Assembly: GCA_031835245.2 (NCBI GenBank)
Contig: JAVKOQ020000090.1
Span: 1-64,000 of the forward strand
Source of the DNA: Balamuthia mandrillaris
Lineage: Eukaryota
DNA length: 64,000 nucleotides
Direction: 5' to 3'
Below, piece after piece: positions 51,183-64,000 of this stretch (position 1 is the stretch's first letter; every line of letters begins with the position of its first letter). Under the pieces are notes generated by a model. The model made no database searches and was not told the origin of the DNA. It was given only the letters and a program-made list of their open reading frames with translations. The translations under genes were made by a program, and so were the position numbers.

Positions 51183-51968
51183 AGAAACAAAGAGGATAGG
51201 GAAAAACATACAGCAAGGCCGACAGCACGAAGCACACCATACTCCCATGCATTCTCCCTCACATTCGATGTGAACGAGATCCAAAGGACAAAGAAGCAAA
51301 GCACCATCGCTATGAACGATATTATGTAAAAGAAGGTCAACAATAAGTCGACCGCAAAGGCGGTAGCATCGATGGCATCGGCCGTGTCCGACACGAGCAC
51401 ACGATCGTCGTCCATAAAGTTGCGAAGGCTGTTGATGATGAACTCTCTTTGGTCTCTGGTGGCGCCGTCCACCATTCTCACCAACAGTTTGGCTTTGGGT
51501 GGTTTTGCCGGAGGTGGACGCAACTTTTTTTTTTGTGTTTGCATGATCACGATAAGAAAGGAGAAGAGAAGAAAGAGAAGAGGGAGGGACTAACGTATTC
51601 AGGAAGAACGTTGAGGCCAGCAACTTGGGAGGCATTAATGCGAGCTTCGTAGAGTTCTCTTGAGAGACGATCAAAAGAGTCCATTGTTATGAGAACCGGT
51701 TGATAAGCACCTGCCAGAAGCTCCAACCAACTGAATAGAAAACCTGCAATAAATAAAGTGAGAAATGGAAGTTGAAGGCGAAATTTTAATTGCAGAAGAT
51801 GGTGTGTACCTGGACACTTGCTAACAAGAGCGCGTGGCTTGGCAAGATAGGTCAAACGCGATTGGTGGATGCGAGTAACCTTAAAGCGAACGATCAGTTG
51901 CGCTGGTTCATACATATACACCGCCAATCCTTTCTGTTATTGTTGCCAAAAAGTTGTCAATAAAAGTT

Positions 51969-52004
<36 letters not shown>

Positions 52005-53548
52005 ACATGAGCAGTAGAGGCGATCACGTCGATGTAGTTATTGTAGGTTGTCTCTTCATCTTGATATACAATGTAAGGCACGTCAAATCCTCCTTCCTCC
52101 TCCTCCTTTATTAGTATAACGTTAGTTAAGGCCAAAGACGCCGAGAGAGATAGAAAGCCAGAGAAGCGAGTTACCTCTGGACGAGGAAACAAAGTTGGGT
52201 ATTTGCTACGATCCAAATCAATATAGGAAGTATTGTCAGTAGAGCCCGTGCCAAGAACGGGAGGAATGTGATCTTGTTTGTCTATAGGGAACTCCGCTTT
52301 GCCGGCATCATCGTAGAGGCTGGCTATAACGTTTGGTTTGCCTTTGGCCGTTTGTTTGTAGCTGAACTCTTCGTCGATGTCTGACGCCATAAAATATTCG
52401 TCATACATCGTGTGCATGTAATTCTCTTCAACTCCGTAAAGATCCTTTTTGTTTGATATTTTGTTAAGGAACATTTACGAAGACGGAAGAAGAGAGAAAC
52501 GAACCACTTTGCCCCAAGGATGTCTTGCCATGTTAGATAAATAAGTATGCCTAATGCCACCCAACTGATGAAAGGGTAATGTGGCAACTGTTTCGCCCAA
52601 CAAAAAAAATAAAAAAACAACTTCAGTCAAGAGAAAAAAGAGAAAACAGAGGCAAAAATAAAATACGTACAGCTGTAGCTTTTGATGTATGGATTCTTGG
52701 ATTGGAGATGCTCATCCAAAAACTCACGCATCTGATCTTCGGGCAGGCGATGTCCCCATGCAATAGTTTGAAAGAGAATGTCGCTGCCAGAAAGCACTCT
52801 TGCGTTGTCCACCACTGACGCCGTCTGTAAGTGAAATATTGCTGAAGCGAAAATACTGAAAGTAGAATGTTTTGTTTAGTGTCGCAGGTTGGAGCAGAAC
52901 AAAGAGACAAGAGAAGACGAACAGGAAGGCAACAACGGTGGTAAACATGAGTGCAGTCTTTCGGTTTCGGTCCCCATGGGCAGTGAGAGCCTTGCGCACC
53001 AATGATTTCAGTTTGCGAGCCTTTCCCCACATCAGCAGATGAAGCATCCACCGCTCCACTTTCTTCTGAAGAATGGAGGCTACCATCGCCAAACCAATCA
53101 CCATTCCTGTTTTAGTGAAGTGATGTAATGTTGAGTGTAGAAAATATAACAAGACTAAGGAAGAGCAAAGCAGAAGAGCAAAGAGAGAGATGAAGAAGGC
53201 GAAGGAGAGAGGAGAAGCAAAGAAACATATAAAAACAAAACTGAGCGGAGAAGGAAAATAGGTACCAAGGAGAGTGGCGTTGAGAAGACCAAGGAAGAGA
53301 GACCAATATTCATAGCGAAAGGCAAAGGGAACCACGTAGATGAGAAGGAAGCCAAAGACAACGGCCATTATGGAGGACACGGTTTGCTCTATGGAGATTC
53401 CCATGTTCTCCAGTCGGACTATCCGAACTAAAGTATCGCTGAAGCTTTGGTGATAAATGTCTAATGCATCTCTCAAAGTTTGCGTCAACGCACGCTAAAC
53501 AAAGAAGAAAGGATGAATAACAGTTTTGCATGAAGAATATGAAGAAGA

Positions 53549-53581
<33 letters not shown>

Positions 53582-55132
53582 CATACACGAATGGGAATAA
53601 TGTTAGCAATAATGGGCATGATAAAGCCAAGTGCGAGACCAATAGCAATAGAAATGCTGCTCAGCCGAATGTCCATCTCTGTGTCGGAATAGGAGGCTAT
53701 AAAATAGGCTACCGGTATGTTAACCAGAAAAGCTGCGCCAAGCCCCAACCCAATTGCTGGAAGCGAGAAGTAAAGCGCCTTTAAATATAAGATTCATTGT
53801 TAGTGAAAAGAGCAGAAGAAGAGAGTCGAAAAAGAGAAGAGAGAAACCTGAATAGTAAGGAGCTTGATAAGAGAGTTGTGTTGCATGCCAAGAGCGCGCA
53901 GCATGCCGTATTCATATGTCTTCTCCTCCGCATTGCTCAACAGCAACGAATAAATAACAAGCATGGAATGAAGTATCAGCACTGATACTATAACTATTAA
54001 CAACTGATAGGCGAATATTAGTAAAGAAACAAACAGAATTAAAAGCGACAAAGAAGAACGCACTTGGTCCAGAAAAGCTCTGGCAATATCGACAGTGTTT
54101 AAAAACTCGTTGATGGGCAGCTTGTAGTCCATTGGCAAAGCAAGACCGAGCGCCAAAGAGATTCCATTCGTCCATGCGATAAGTTCCTCATCACGCTCTG
54201 ATTGTCCTTGTATGTATGTTCCTATTCTGCCTTTTTTCTGTACTATCACTAACGGTGCATAATCCTTTGTTTTGCATTGCCAGTTTTGTTTTGATAAGAA
54301 CATAGCAAATGGAATGAGGAAAAAATACAAAAAAAAAAAGGAAAGGAAGAAAGAAAGGAGAGTAGGTTGTATACGAACATAAATGGGAAAGTCTTTCAAG
54401 AGAAGGTCGACGCTGTCATGAGAAGGATCGGCAGGAGGAGGCGGCAGTCGCATGCCAGGAAGAGCGGACAAGATGGTACGAAGCAGCTGAGCATCCTCTT
54501 TGAAGAACGGCGGTAGCAGTTCCTTGAAGATGAGAAAGGGAACGTATTTGGCTTCCATGATTACGACTGTTCCTAGAGCAGCTGGCCATTTGCCTCTTGG
54601 CTCTTCCACTGATCCTGCCACTATTTGAAACAATTAAAAACGTTTGAGAGCAAGAACGCAGAAGGAAGAAGGGTGATCGAGGAGGCAAGAAGATAAGAGG
54701 AAGAAAAAAAGATACCCATGATATCGGTACTAAACCGAAGAAGATTAGACGCGCCACTCGTTTGGGAGTAGAACTGGTCGAAAATGTCGGAGAGAAGCTC
54801 GTCCGTGAGATACTCGTCCGAATTGACCTCAATGATAGAGCTGCCACCAAAGTTGGCCCGTATGACGATCAATGCCTGTTCCACCAATTCGATAGGAAGC
54901 GTTATGTTCGCCAATCTGGCTATTATTTTTGGGTTCACCAACGTCAATAAAAGGAGATAGTGGAAGAAGAGAAAGACGAAAGAGAACCAATTTGTTGTTG
55001 GACTTGAGTGGCGTTGGAAATGTCAATGGTGAGCGTCTTATTGGCAAGTACTTGTTTGGCAGTGAGTATGAAGAATTGACGAGCTGCCCTATCTAATAAA
55101 TCTGGGGAGAAGCCACCAGCATCCTTTGTTGT

Positions 55133-55174
<42 letters not shown>

Positions 55175-56481
55175 TTCAACTAAAACGCTTTGATAAAGGA
55201 AGTAACTAACTGTAGATAGGTCAGTAAGATCGAAGGTGAGGCTCATCCACTCGCCAGCATTGGCCTTTATCCCCAAGTTTCGAAGCAACGGTCCTGAAAC
55301 AAGTGCCTCTTTTTCACCCAAAGCACGATGCTCCCACCCTCGTCCAAGTCCAACTCTCTGATGTGCGTGAGGAAAGAGAAGCAAGAAGAGAAAGGGTCAC
55401 AAAAGTGACGAGTACCAAGAGAATAGATGACAAGGTACCTTTTCTGCTTCCGTGTCAATGATAAGAATAATGGCGCTTGAGTTTCTTTCCGGCTCAAAGC
55501 GATTGCCCACTCTGCCCAACAATGCCCACCGCGGCACCACTCCCTCTACCTGCGGCACGCCGGACAGCCGTTGCATGATGCTGGTGGCGTTGAGGAGGAA
55601 GGTGGAGGACTCGTAGGTCGTGTTATTCTCCGAGGAGATGATTTGGGCAGGTTGCAGCACGGGTTGCTCAAAGGTTGGTGTCATGACGAGGTCATACTCG
55701 CCCAACGTGTTTTCTGCTAGCTTGAGGAATACGAGAGGTGCTTTTCCTATAGCTGTCGATAAAGCGCTTTGTTTTTCAAAAAATATTGTTGTCAGGTGAT
55801 GGAACTAGACAAAAACAAGTAGAAGAGAGAAAAAAGAGAGAAGAGCGAGAAGAGAGAATGAGAGAATGGGACAAGAGAGGAATAGAAGTGAATGACGAAG
55901 AGAAGAGAGAGAGCGTACACGACGAATGTGACGACAATGAACACAGTGATAACAGCGATAATGAAGTTACGATAGTTCTTGCGGGAGTCGCTGAGGGCAT
56001 AACGCACTGCCACCCACAACTCTAACATCAGCGCCCAAAACGCAGCCTAGAAAGAAGAAAGAAGAAAGAAGAGGAAAGTAGCAAGAAGAGGAAGAGAGAG
56101 AGAGAGAGAGAGAGAAGAAGGAGGAGGAGAAGGATAGAAGAACAGAAGAGAAACGATCGAGAATAAGCAAACAACACTTGCAAAGCAGACTAGGTGAAGA
56201 GGTGCGTACATTAATCCGTTGAGTTATGCTCTGAGAAGTTGGCGAGCGCGACAAGGAGCTTACTCTCTTCTTAAGAGACACTCCATGGACCAGTTCCTGA
56301 TAGGCCTCTTGGGCGTCCCTCTCAGCGTCAGAGTCGTCCAGCTCTTGCTCCAAACGAGGCAGACGAAAGCGAACCTGCTTGTCGGTGCTTGGTAGGTCTG
56401 GAGAGGAGAAAGAGTCCTCACTGCCACTGCTACGAAGCAGTGGTCTCTCTTCAGGTGCCTGCTTCTTTTTTTTTCATCCAT
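50776..56481 (-). CDS. FtsX/MacB-like (DUF214) permease-domain membrane protein (many exons; start uncertain)
   Basis: Two FtsX-type repeats (NAEEKTYEYGMLRALGM; SNVRENAWEYGVLRAVGL), multiple TM segments and large soluble loops. The first exon is out of frame with the nearest ATGs across an A9 run. Confidence 0.82.
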
Positions 56482-56736
56482 CCAAAATGTTTGTGATGAA
56501 TGAAATCTTCAGTTTGTGACACACAAAAGAGAACCACCACAAAGAGAGAAAATACAAACTTTTTTTCTTTCTTTCTTTTCTCCCTCGTCTAATTTGCCAC
56601 AACAGGATTGGTCAGTTATGATGTCATTTCTCCGATTAATCTTCCGATGTCGACAAAATATGAAGAAAGAGGAAATTTCCTCGTGATTATTGAAAGAATG
56701 TTAAGAATGCGAGGAAACTTCGAAGGAAAGAAGTTT

Positions 56737-58266
56737 TTACTCGGCAGCCTTTGGTGCTTCCTCCTCTTCCTTCTTCTCTTCTTCGCCTTCTTCCTTCTTG
56801 TTCTCACTGGCTTCTTCCTGCTTTACTTCTTCGTCTTTCGAGGGCTCATCAACCTTGTCCGTTTCTTGAGAGGCAGCGGTAGCGGCATCCTCCTTCTTCT
56901 CTTCGGAAGCAGCAGAGGTGTTCTCTGAAGCAGCAGCAGTTTCTGCTTCTCCTTCCTCCTTGCTCTTCTGCTCCGCATCCTTTTGTTTGTCCTTCTCGAC
57001 CTCTTCAGCAGCAGCAGCGACCTCTCCCTCCTTCTTCTCCTGCCACTTTTGCTTGTCCTGGGAGTTTGCTCCCTTGTTGTGTTGTCCACCTCTGCCGCCT
57101 CGTTGACCGCCGCCTCTCTTTCCGCTCTTTGATCGTGTTCGGTGACCAGAAGAGTTGCCATTGGTCTCCGCATTGACAACGCTACCCTCACCACCCTCTT
57201 CCGATGTTGTGGTCTCGTGCTCTCCACCGTTTTGTTGTTGCTCACCTTCCGCAGGAGCAGCTCTGCTACCTCTCCTGCTTCTGCCTCCGCGTCCCCCTCT
57301 GTTACCTTTGCCTCTTCCCCCTCTTCCCCGACCACCTCCTCTCCTGTTGTGATGATGGTTGCGATGATGACCATTCTCTCGTTCGCTGGCGAGTTGTTGC
57401 TCGATCAACAGTTTTGCTTCGGGACTGTCGGGAGCGGTTACTTGCAGCAAACGAGCCATCGAGTGAGAGAACTTGCAGTGCTGGCCGTATCGGCAGCCGT
57501 TGGGAGTGCTGAAAAAGGCACATACGGGAGGACCCGCTTGATATATTGGAAGAAAATTCAGAAGGTGAAAGAGAGAGAAGAAAGCAGCGAAGAGAAAACG
57601 AGAGAATAAGAGAAGACGAGAAGAATGTTCCAAGATGAAATGTTTGACAGTGACAAGAGAGAATGACCAGAAAAAAAGAAACGAAAATAAAAACAAATGA
57701 GATGAGAAAACAAGAGAAAGCGAGAGAGAGAGAGAGAGAGAGAAAACGAGAGAGAGAAAGAAGCGAATGAGAGAAAACACTCAAAAAAAATCAAACAAAC
57801 CTCTATCTTTCTTGGCCCATTCCTGGTGAATGAACGGACACTGCTCCCCTCTCATGCAGCTCTCCGGCGTGCCCTTGTAGAATCGACAAATCATACCTTC
57901 CTGCGGGTGAGGCCTTCCCACCACGCCCAGGCCGATGCCGGGAATGCCGCCCACCATGGGGAGCGGCATGGGCAGAGGCAGGGACATGGCCGAGCCCTCC
58001 GGGCCGGTCATGGAGGCGGGCAGGGCGGCGATGCCCATGGGAGGAGGGGACATCAACGCGGCCATGTGTTGCAGCTGCTGCTGTTGCTGGTGGAGGTGCT
58101 GCAGCTGCTGCAGCTGGAGCTGCTGCTGTTGAAGCCGCTCCAGGGCCATGGCCTCCTCCTCGGAGTTGGTAGCCGTGGTAATAGTGGCAACGGCAGTGGC
58201 TGCTACTTGTTCCTGCTGTTGAGTCTCCTGAAAGGGTTGCTGTGCTTCTGTTTGTGGGGTCTCCAT
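56737..58266 (-). CDS. Tandem CCCH zinc-finger, RGG-rich RNA-binding protein (2 exons)
   Basis: CRFYKGTPESCMRGEQCPFIH and CAFFSTPNGCRYGQHCKFSH, RGG repeats and an acidic tail. Confidence 0.88.
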
Positions 58267-58921
58267 ATTTTTTTTTTTGGTTGGGACTATTTATCACAAA
58301 ACGAGTAGCGAAAAAAAAAACAGGATTAGAATTCAAAGGGAATCGATCGGAAAGGAAGCTAGAACAATAGCGAGAGGTGGAAGAAATGGGGGGGGGGGGA
58401 ATCATGCGTACAGAGAGGATGCTAAAAAGGAAGGAAATGAGAGCGATTCAATCGATCGCGAAGGGAATTAAATAATCGGCAACAACAAAAAAATAGAAGG
58501 TAGCGAAAGCGAAACCACCAACCGAGTGTCGGAAGCGGAGCGAGAGGACGAAGGAAGAAGGTTGTTGAAAAAAAATTAAAAAAAAAAAGGCCGGGCAAAA
58601 AACAGAAATCGGAATCGGACTCTGCTTTTTTTTTTCTTTTCCTCAACAAAAAAAAAAAAATAAAGAAGGACAAAAGAATTGTCGACAGAAGAAAAAGAAA
58701 GGAATTAAAGGGGACACTTTGGGATCGCAGCAGTTCATGGAACCGATCGAATTAAAATTTTCTTTTTATGGTTATATTGTCGACATTTCTCACCTTAAAA
58801 AATAAAGCAAAAATTTTTGGAATGTGAGGCATTTAAATGCGGACATCCAGTTCGATAACCTGACGTCAGCTGAGACTACGGAAAGCTTTTTGTGGACACA
58901 AGGAGAAAGCAGGAGAAAGAG

Positions 58922-59404
58922 ATGGCTGTGAACGAGGAAGAGTTTGTGGAGCTGTTGGAAGGCGAGTCGGCCATCGACCTGAACAACCTCAGAGAGGTCT
59001 CCATGTTTGGAGTCCCGGAATCTGTCAGAGGCGAGGTCTGGAAATATCTGCTGGGCGTGTCCAAAGAAGACAAATGTATTCATCATTCCCATCTCATCTC
59101 TCTCTCATTTTCTCTTCCTTTGTTTTTGATTTTTTTTTTTTTGAAACCATTTTTCTGTATTTCTAAAAGCACAAGAAATGAAAATGGTGCGTAAGCTCAA
59201 GGAAGAGTACGACGAGCTGGACAAAACGATTCACAGCGAAGACATTCGGAACATTTCCAGGGAGCTGAAACGCTTTCGCCCCAACATTACCGAGCTTCAC
59301 ACGGACACCAACCGCAAACGCTTCGTCTACTTGATCACCGCTTATGTTAACAGTCATACCGAGTTTGAGGTTCTCTCTCTCACTCACTCACTCACCCGCT
59401 ACAT

Positions 59405-59440
<36 letters not shown>

Positions 59441-60411
59441 TTTCAAAAATTTCAACATTTCTTTTTCTTTTTTCTTTTTCTCTTTTCTTTTTCTCTTTTT
59501 CTCTTTTCTCTTTTCTTTTTTTTGTTGTTTTGTTTTTTGCTTATTTGTTCTTTCGTTTATTTGGCATTAAACAATAGTATATAAGCAACGGAACGTTGAG
59601 TTTACTGGCTCCCTTCGTTTATCTTTGCGAGGAAGAGTATGCTGCCTTTTTCTGTTTCGACAGTCTTGTCAAACGAATGGAAGGTTTGTTTTGTTTTGTT
59701 TTGGTATTTTGTTTCCATCTTCTTTCTCATGCTTCTTCTTCTTCTTTTTTTTTTCGTTTATCTTCCAAACTTCCACAGAGGAAAAGTTTTCTGCGGATGA
59801 CTTGCCTCAAAACGTATCCATGCTGATGATGTTTTTCCAATCCCTATTACCTGACTTGTACGTGCTCTCTTCCTCTCCATCAAACAAACTCCCACTTTAC
59901 ACTTACAACCACAATAAGATTTACATATTTTGAAGACGAAGAAGTTGGCCCGAATGACTGGGCCACGCCTTGGGTTCAAGTTTCGTTTCTCTCTCTGCTC
60001 TCATCCCTCTCATATCTCTTTGTTCTCCTACAACCTCTCTGCTCTCCTCTCACACTAACAAACGAATCATGTTATAGTTTTTGCTAGCAAAAGAGCTGCC
60101 TTTTGACTGCGTCTTGCGGTTATGGGACACTTACTTTAGCTGCGAGGAAGGTCTGAGACTGCACGTCTACATCTGCCTCGCCATTTTGGTGCAGTTCCAC
60201 GAGGACCTCACCGAGCTCGAACATTCGGAGCTCAAAGGCTTTTTGCAGCATCTTCCGCCCATGGATATGGACCAAGTTCGTTTTTTTTTTTTGGTTTTCG
60301 AGTCTTTGGTGTCTTTTCTTTTGTTTCGTATGCTGACTTAACATTTAAAACCAGTTGATAGCACAAGCGTACAACATAAAGGAAGATCTAACGTTGAAAA
60401 ACTTGATATAA
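58922..60411 (+). CDS. Small TBC (Rab-GAP fold) domain protein (multi-exon)
   Basis: GVPESVRGEVWKYLLG, LLAKELPFDCVLRLWDTYF and LHVYICLAIL. Confidence 0.85.
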
Positions 60412-60450
60412 AGTTTTATGCTGTTCTGTTGAAAACAGTTTGGTTTTATG

Positions 60451-62401
<1,951 letters not shown>

Positions 62402-62405
62402 CTTT

Positions 62406-63448
62406 TTCTTTCTGCTTTTTTTTTTTTTGAAATAGTTTATTGGCTATCTAGTGGGCTGGGCCGCTCAACCTCGTAGGTAGAATACCTACGGCACCGCTTA
62501 CTGGCGTCAATGCCCATCGGGCAGAGTGCGTTGGGAGGCACATAGGTTGCTAGAGATCGCCTGTTACACGTTTTGAAGTTGGGAGGGTGTGGTGGGTGTG
62601 AGAGATCGCTTGTTCCAAGTTTTGAAGTTGGGATGGTGTGGTAGATAGGTTGGCTTCCATTGGAGGTGCAAAGGCAGATGTGTCATCCAGGCACGGATTC
62701 CGCTGGCAGTCCGCTGGCACCTGACCGGGCTGGCAGGTTTTAGGAGGTCTAACCTCCTGTGGGGTTTCCACTTTTTCGGGAAGGCCGCTCGGTTTTGTTA
62801 CGAGTCGTCGAGGAAATGCAGTTTTTTGAGTTTCTCATTTCGCTTGAGGAAAATATTGGTCCTGGTGCTGTCGATAATGTGGGTGATGCTATTGATATCT
62901 TTGTTTTTGGTGCCGTGTACCGTTAGATAGTAGGGGAGTTCTCCTTTCCAAAAGTCTAGGTTTTTCACTTGTTGTGCCAACAAGGAGGAAATAAGGATGG
63001 TTCGTTTTGTTGGTTTTTGTTTTTGTGCGTTTGTTTGCTTGTGTGTTTGGGCTTATATTTGTGTTTGTGTTAGCATAAGTATTTATATTCAAAGAATTAG
63101 ATGCGAGAGATTCAAGATTTGCAGTTTTGTGTGAGGGGGTTTTTCGTGATTTTTCGTATGGGATGGTGGGGGGCGTGCTTGGAGCTACCCATACACTCAA
63201 CTTTACCCACAAAAGTCGAGGGCACCCTTCGGATTGACGTGGTTGGGTGTTCCCACGGCACTCGTAAGATTTACATGGGCGAGTGCCCCCATAAAAGGGA
63301 GGGGAAGGGTTAACGCCAACGTTCATACCTTCTCGGCACCGCCCACGCAAGTCGGAGTGATCAAATTAGACAGGGGAAAGATAAAGTAGGAAAATCAAAA
63401 TCAAATCAAAGTTAGTCAGTCGCGCTCTTCCTCTCTTCTTTCTGCTTT
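62406..63448 (-). mobile_element. ~1-kb non-autonomous non-LTR retroposon (SINE-like or deleted LINE) with poly(A) tail and 13-bp TSD
   Basis: TTCTTTCTGCTTT at 62406-62418 and 63436-63448. On the - strand, AATAAA (62442-62437) precedes A13 (62428-62416). 3' stem-loop CGTAGGTA-GAA-TACCTACG at ~62472-62490. No long ORF. Confidence 0.78.
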
Positions 63449-64000
63449 CTTTGTTAATGAATGTACGAACACGTCATCATTTTTGCACAATTGTTGCACC
63501 ATCTGACCTCTTCCCATGATCTAGATACGATTGTTTTTTTGATTATCGGGTGGTCAGGACAACTGTTGCCCTTCATCCTTTTTCCAAAAATCAAAATCCT
63601 GGGTATCAATGAATATGAACTGAATAATAAAAATAAACAGGGGGGGACAACAGCGAGATATGTAATGTCTTGATCGACAGATTGATCAGATTTTTAACCA
63701 AATATGATCAGGCCTGGACGTCCTTTCGAGCACCAAGATTTCTCCTTTTCTCCCTGTTGTTTCAGAAACCGGAGGAGGAAGCAGGAAGACACCACAAAGG
63801 GAACCCTGTTTTTTTCTTTTATTCTTTTAAAAAATAAGGGAAGAATCAAGAGGGAGGGGGTAGACCTTTTGCCCATCCCTTTTGTTCAGGCTTTTGTTAT
63901 TGGTTGGAAACAAAAAAAAACGGTTGCTCAAAAAAAACTGTAAGCAACAAACACTTGTTTTTCAGTTTCGTTGTTTTCGTTTCCTTAAACGTGTATTTTT

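Noticed and set aside
56455..56481. Frameshift at the 5' end of the FtsX-like gene as evidence of pseudogenisation or recoding
   Set aside because: It falls in an A9 homopolymer, so a sequencing error or alternative start is more parsimonious.

Overview
Eukaryotic, intron-rich DNA with microsatellite-laden introns and the standard code. The style suggests an amoebozoan protist such as Balamuthia or Acanthamoeba, but this is inference only. The window appears to start at a chromosome end (CCCTAA repeats). The first ~16 kb is a subtelomeric accessory block containing: a purine-rich satellite; a spliced TET/JBP-like 2OG-Fe(II) dioxygenase gene (+); a convergent spliced tyrosine-recombinase gene (-); a tandem array of ~100-bp units that each fold on the + strand into a ~20-bp G-U-rich hairpin; GAA/TTC-loop hairpin cassettes; and interstitial telomere-repeat seeds. 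Gene debris with a 120-bp palindrome follows. From ~18 kb the window holds mostly ordinary genes: ferric reductase (intronless), PP2C, 2H-phosphoesterase-RRM, a PARG-TBC fusion whose PARG motif is QEQ rather than QEE, GT8, DCC1, sterol glucosyltransferase-like, MTA/SAH deaminase, RhoGAP, a hypothetical membrane protein, GH125, FtsX-like permease, a CCCH zinc finger protein, TBC and a METTL21-like methyltransferase. A ~1-kb poly(A) retroposon with a 13-bp target-site duplication lies immediately upstream of the methyltransferase ATG. The best candidate for an undescribed system is the telomere-linked unit of tyrosine recombinase, TET/JBP dioxygenase and hairpin array. All family calls come from motif recognition by eye, and exon boundaries are manual.
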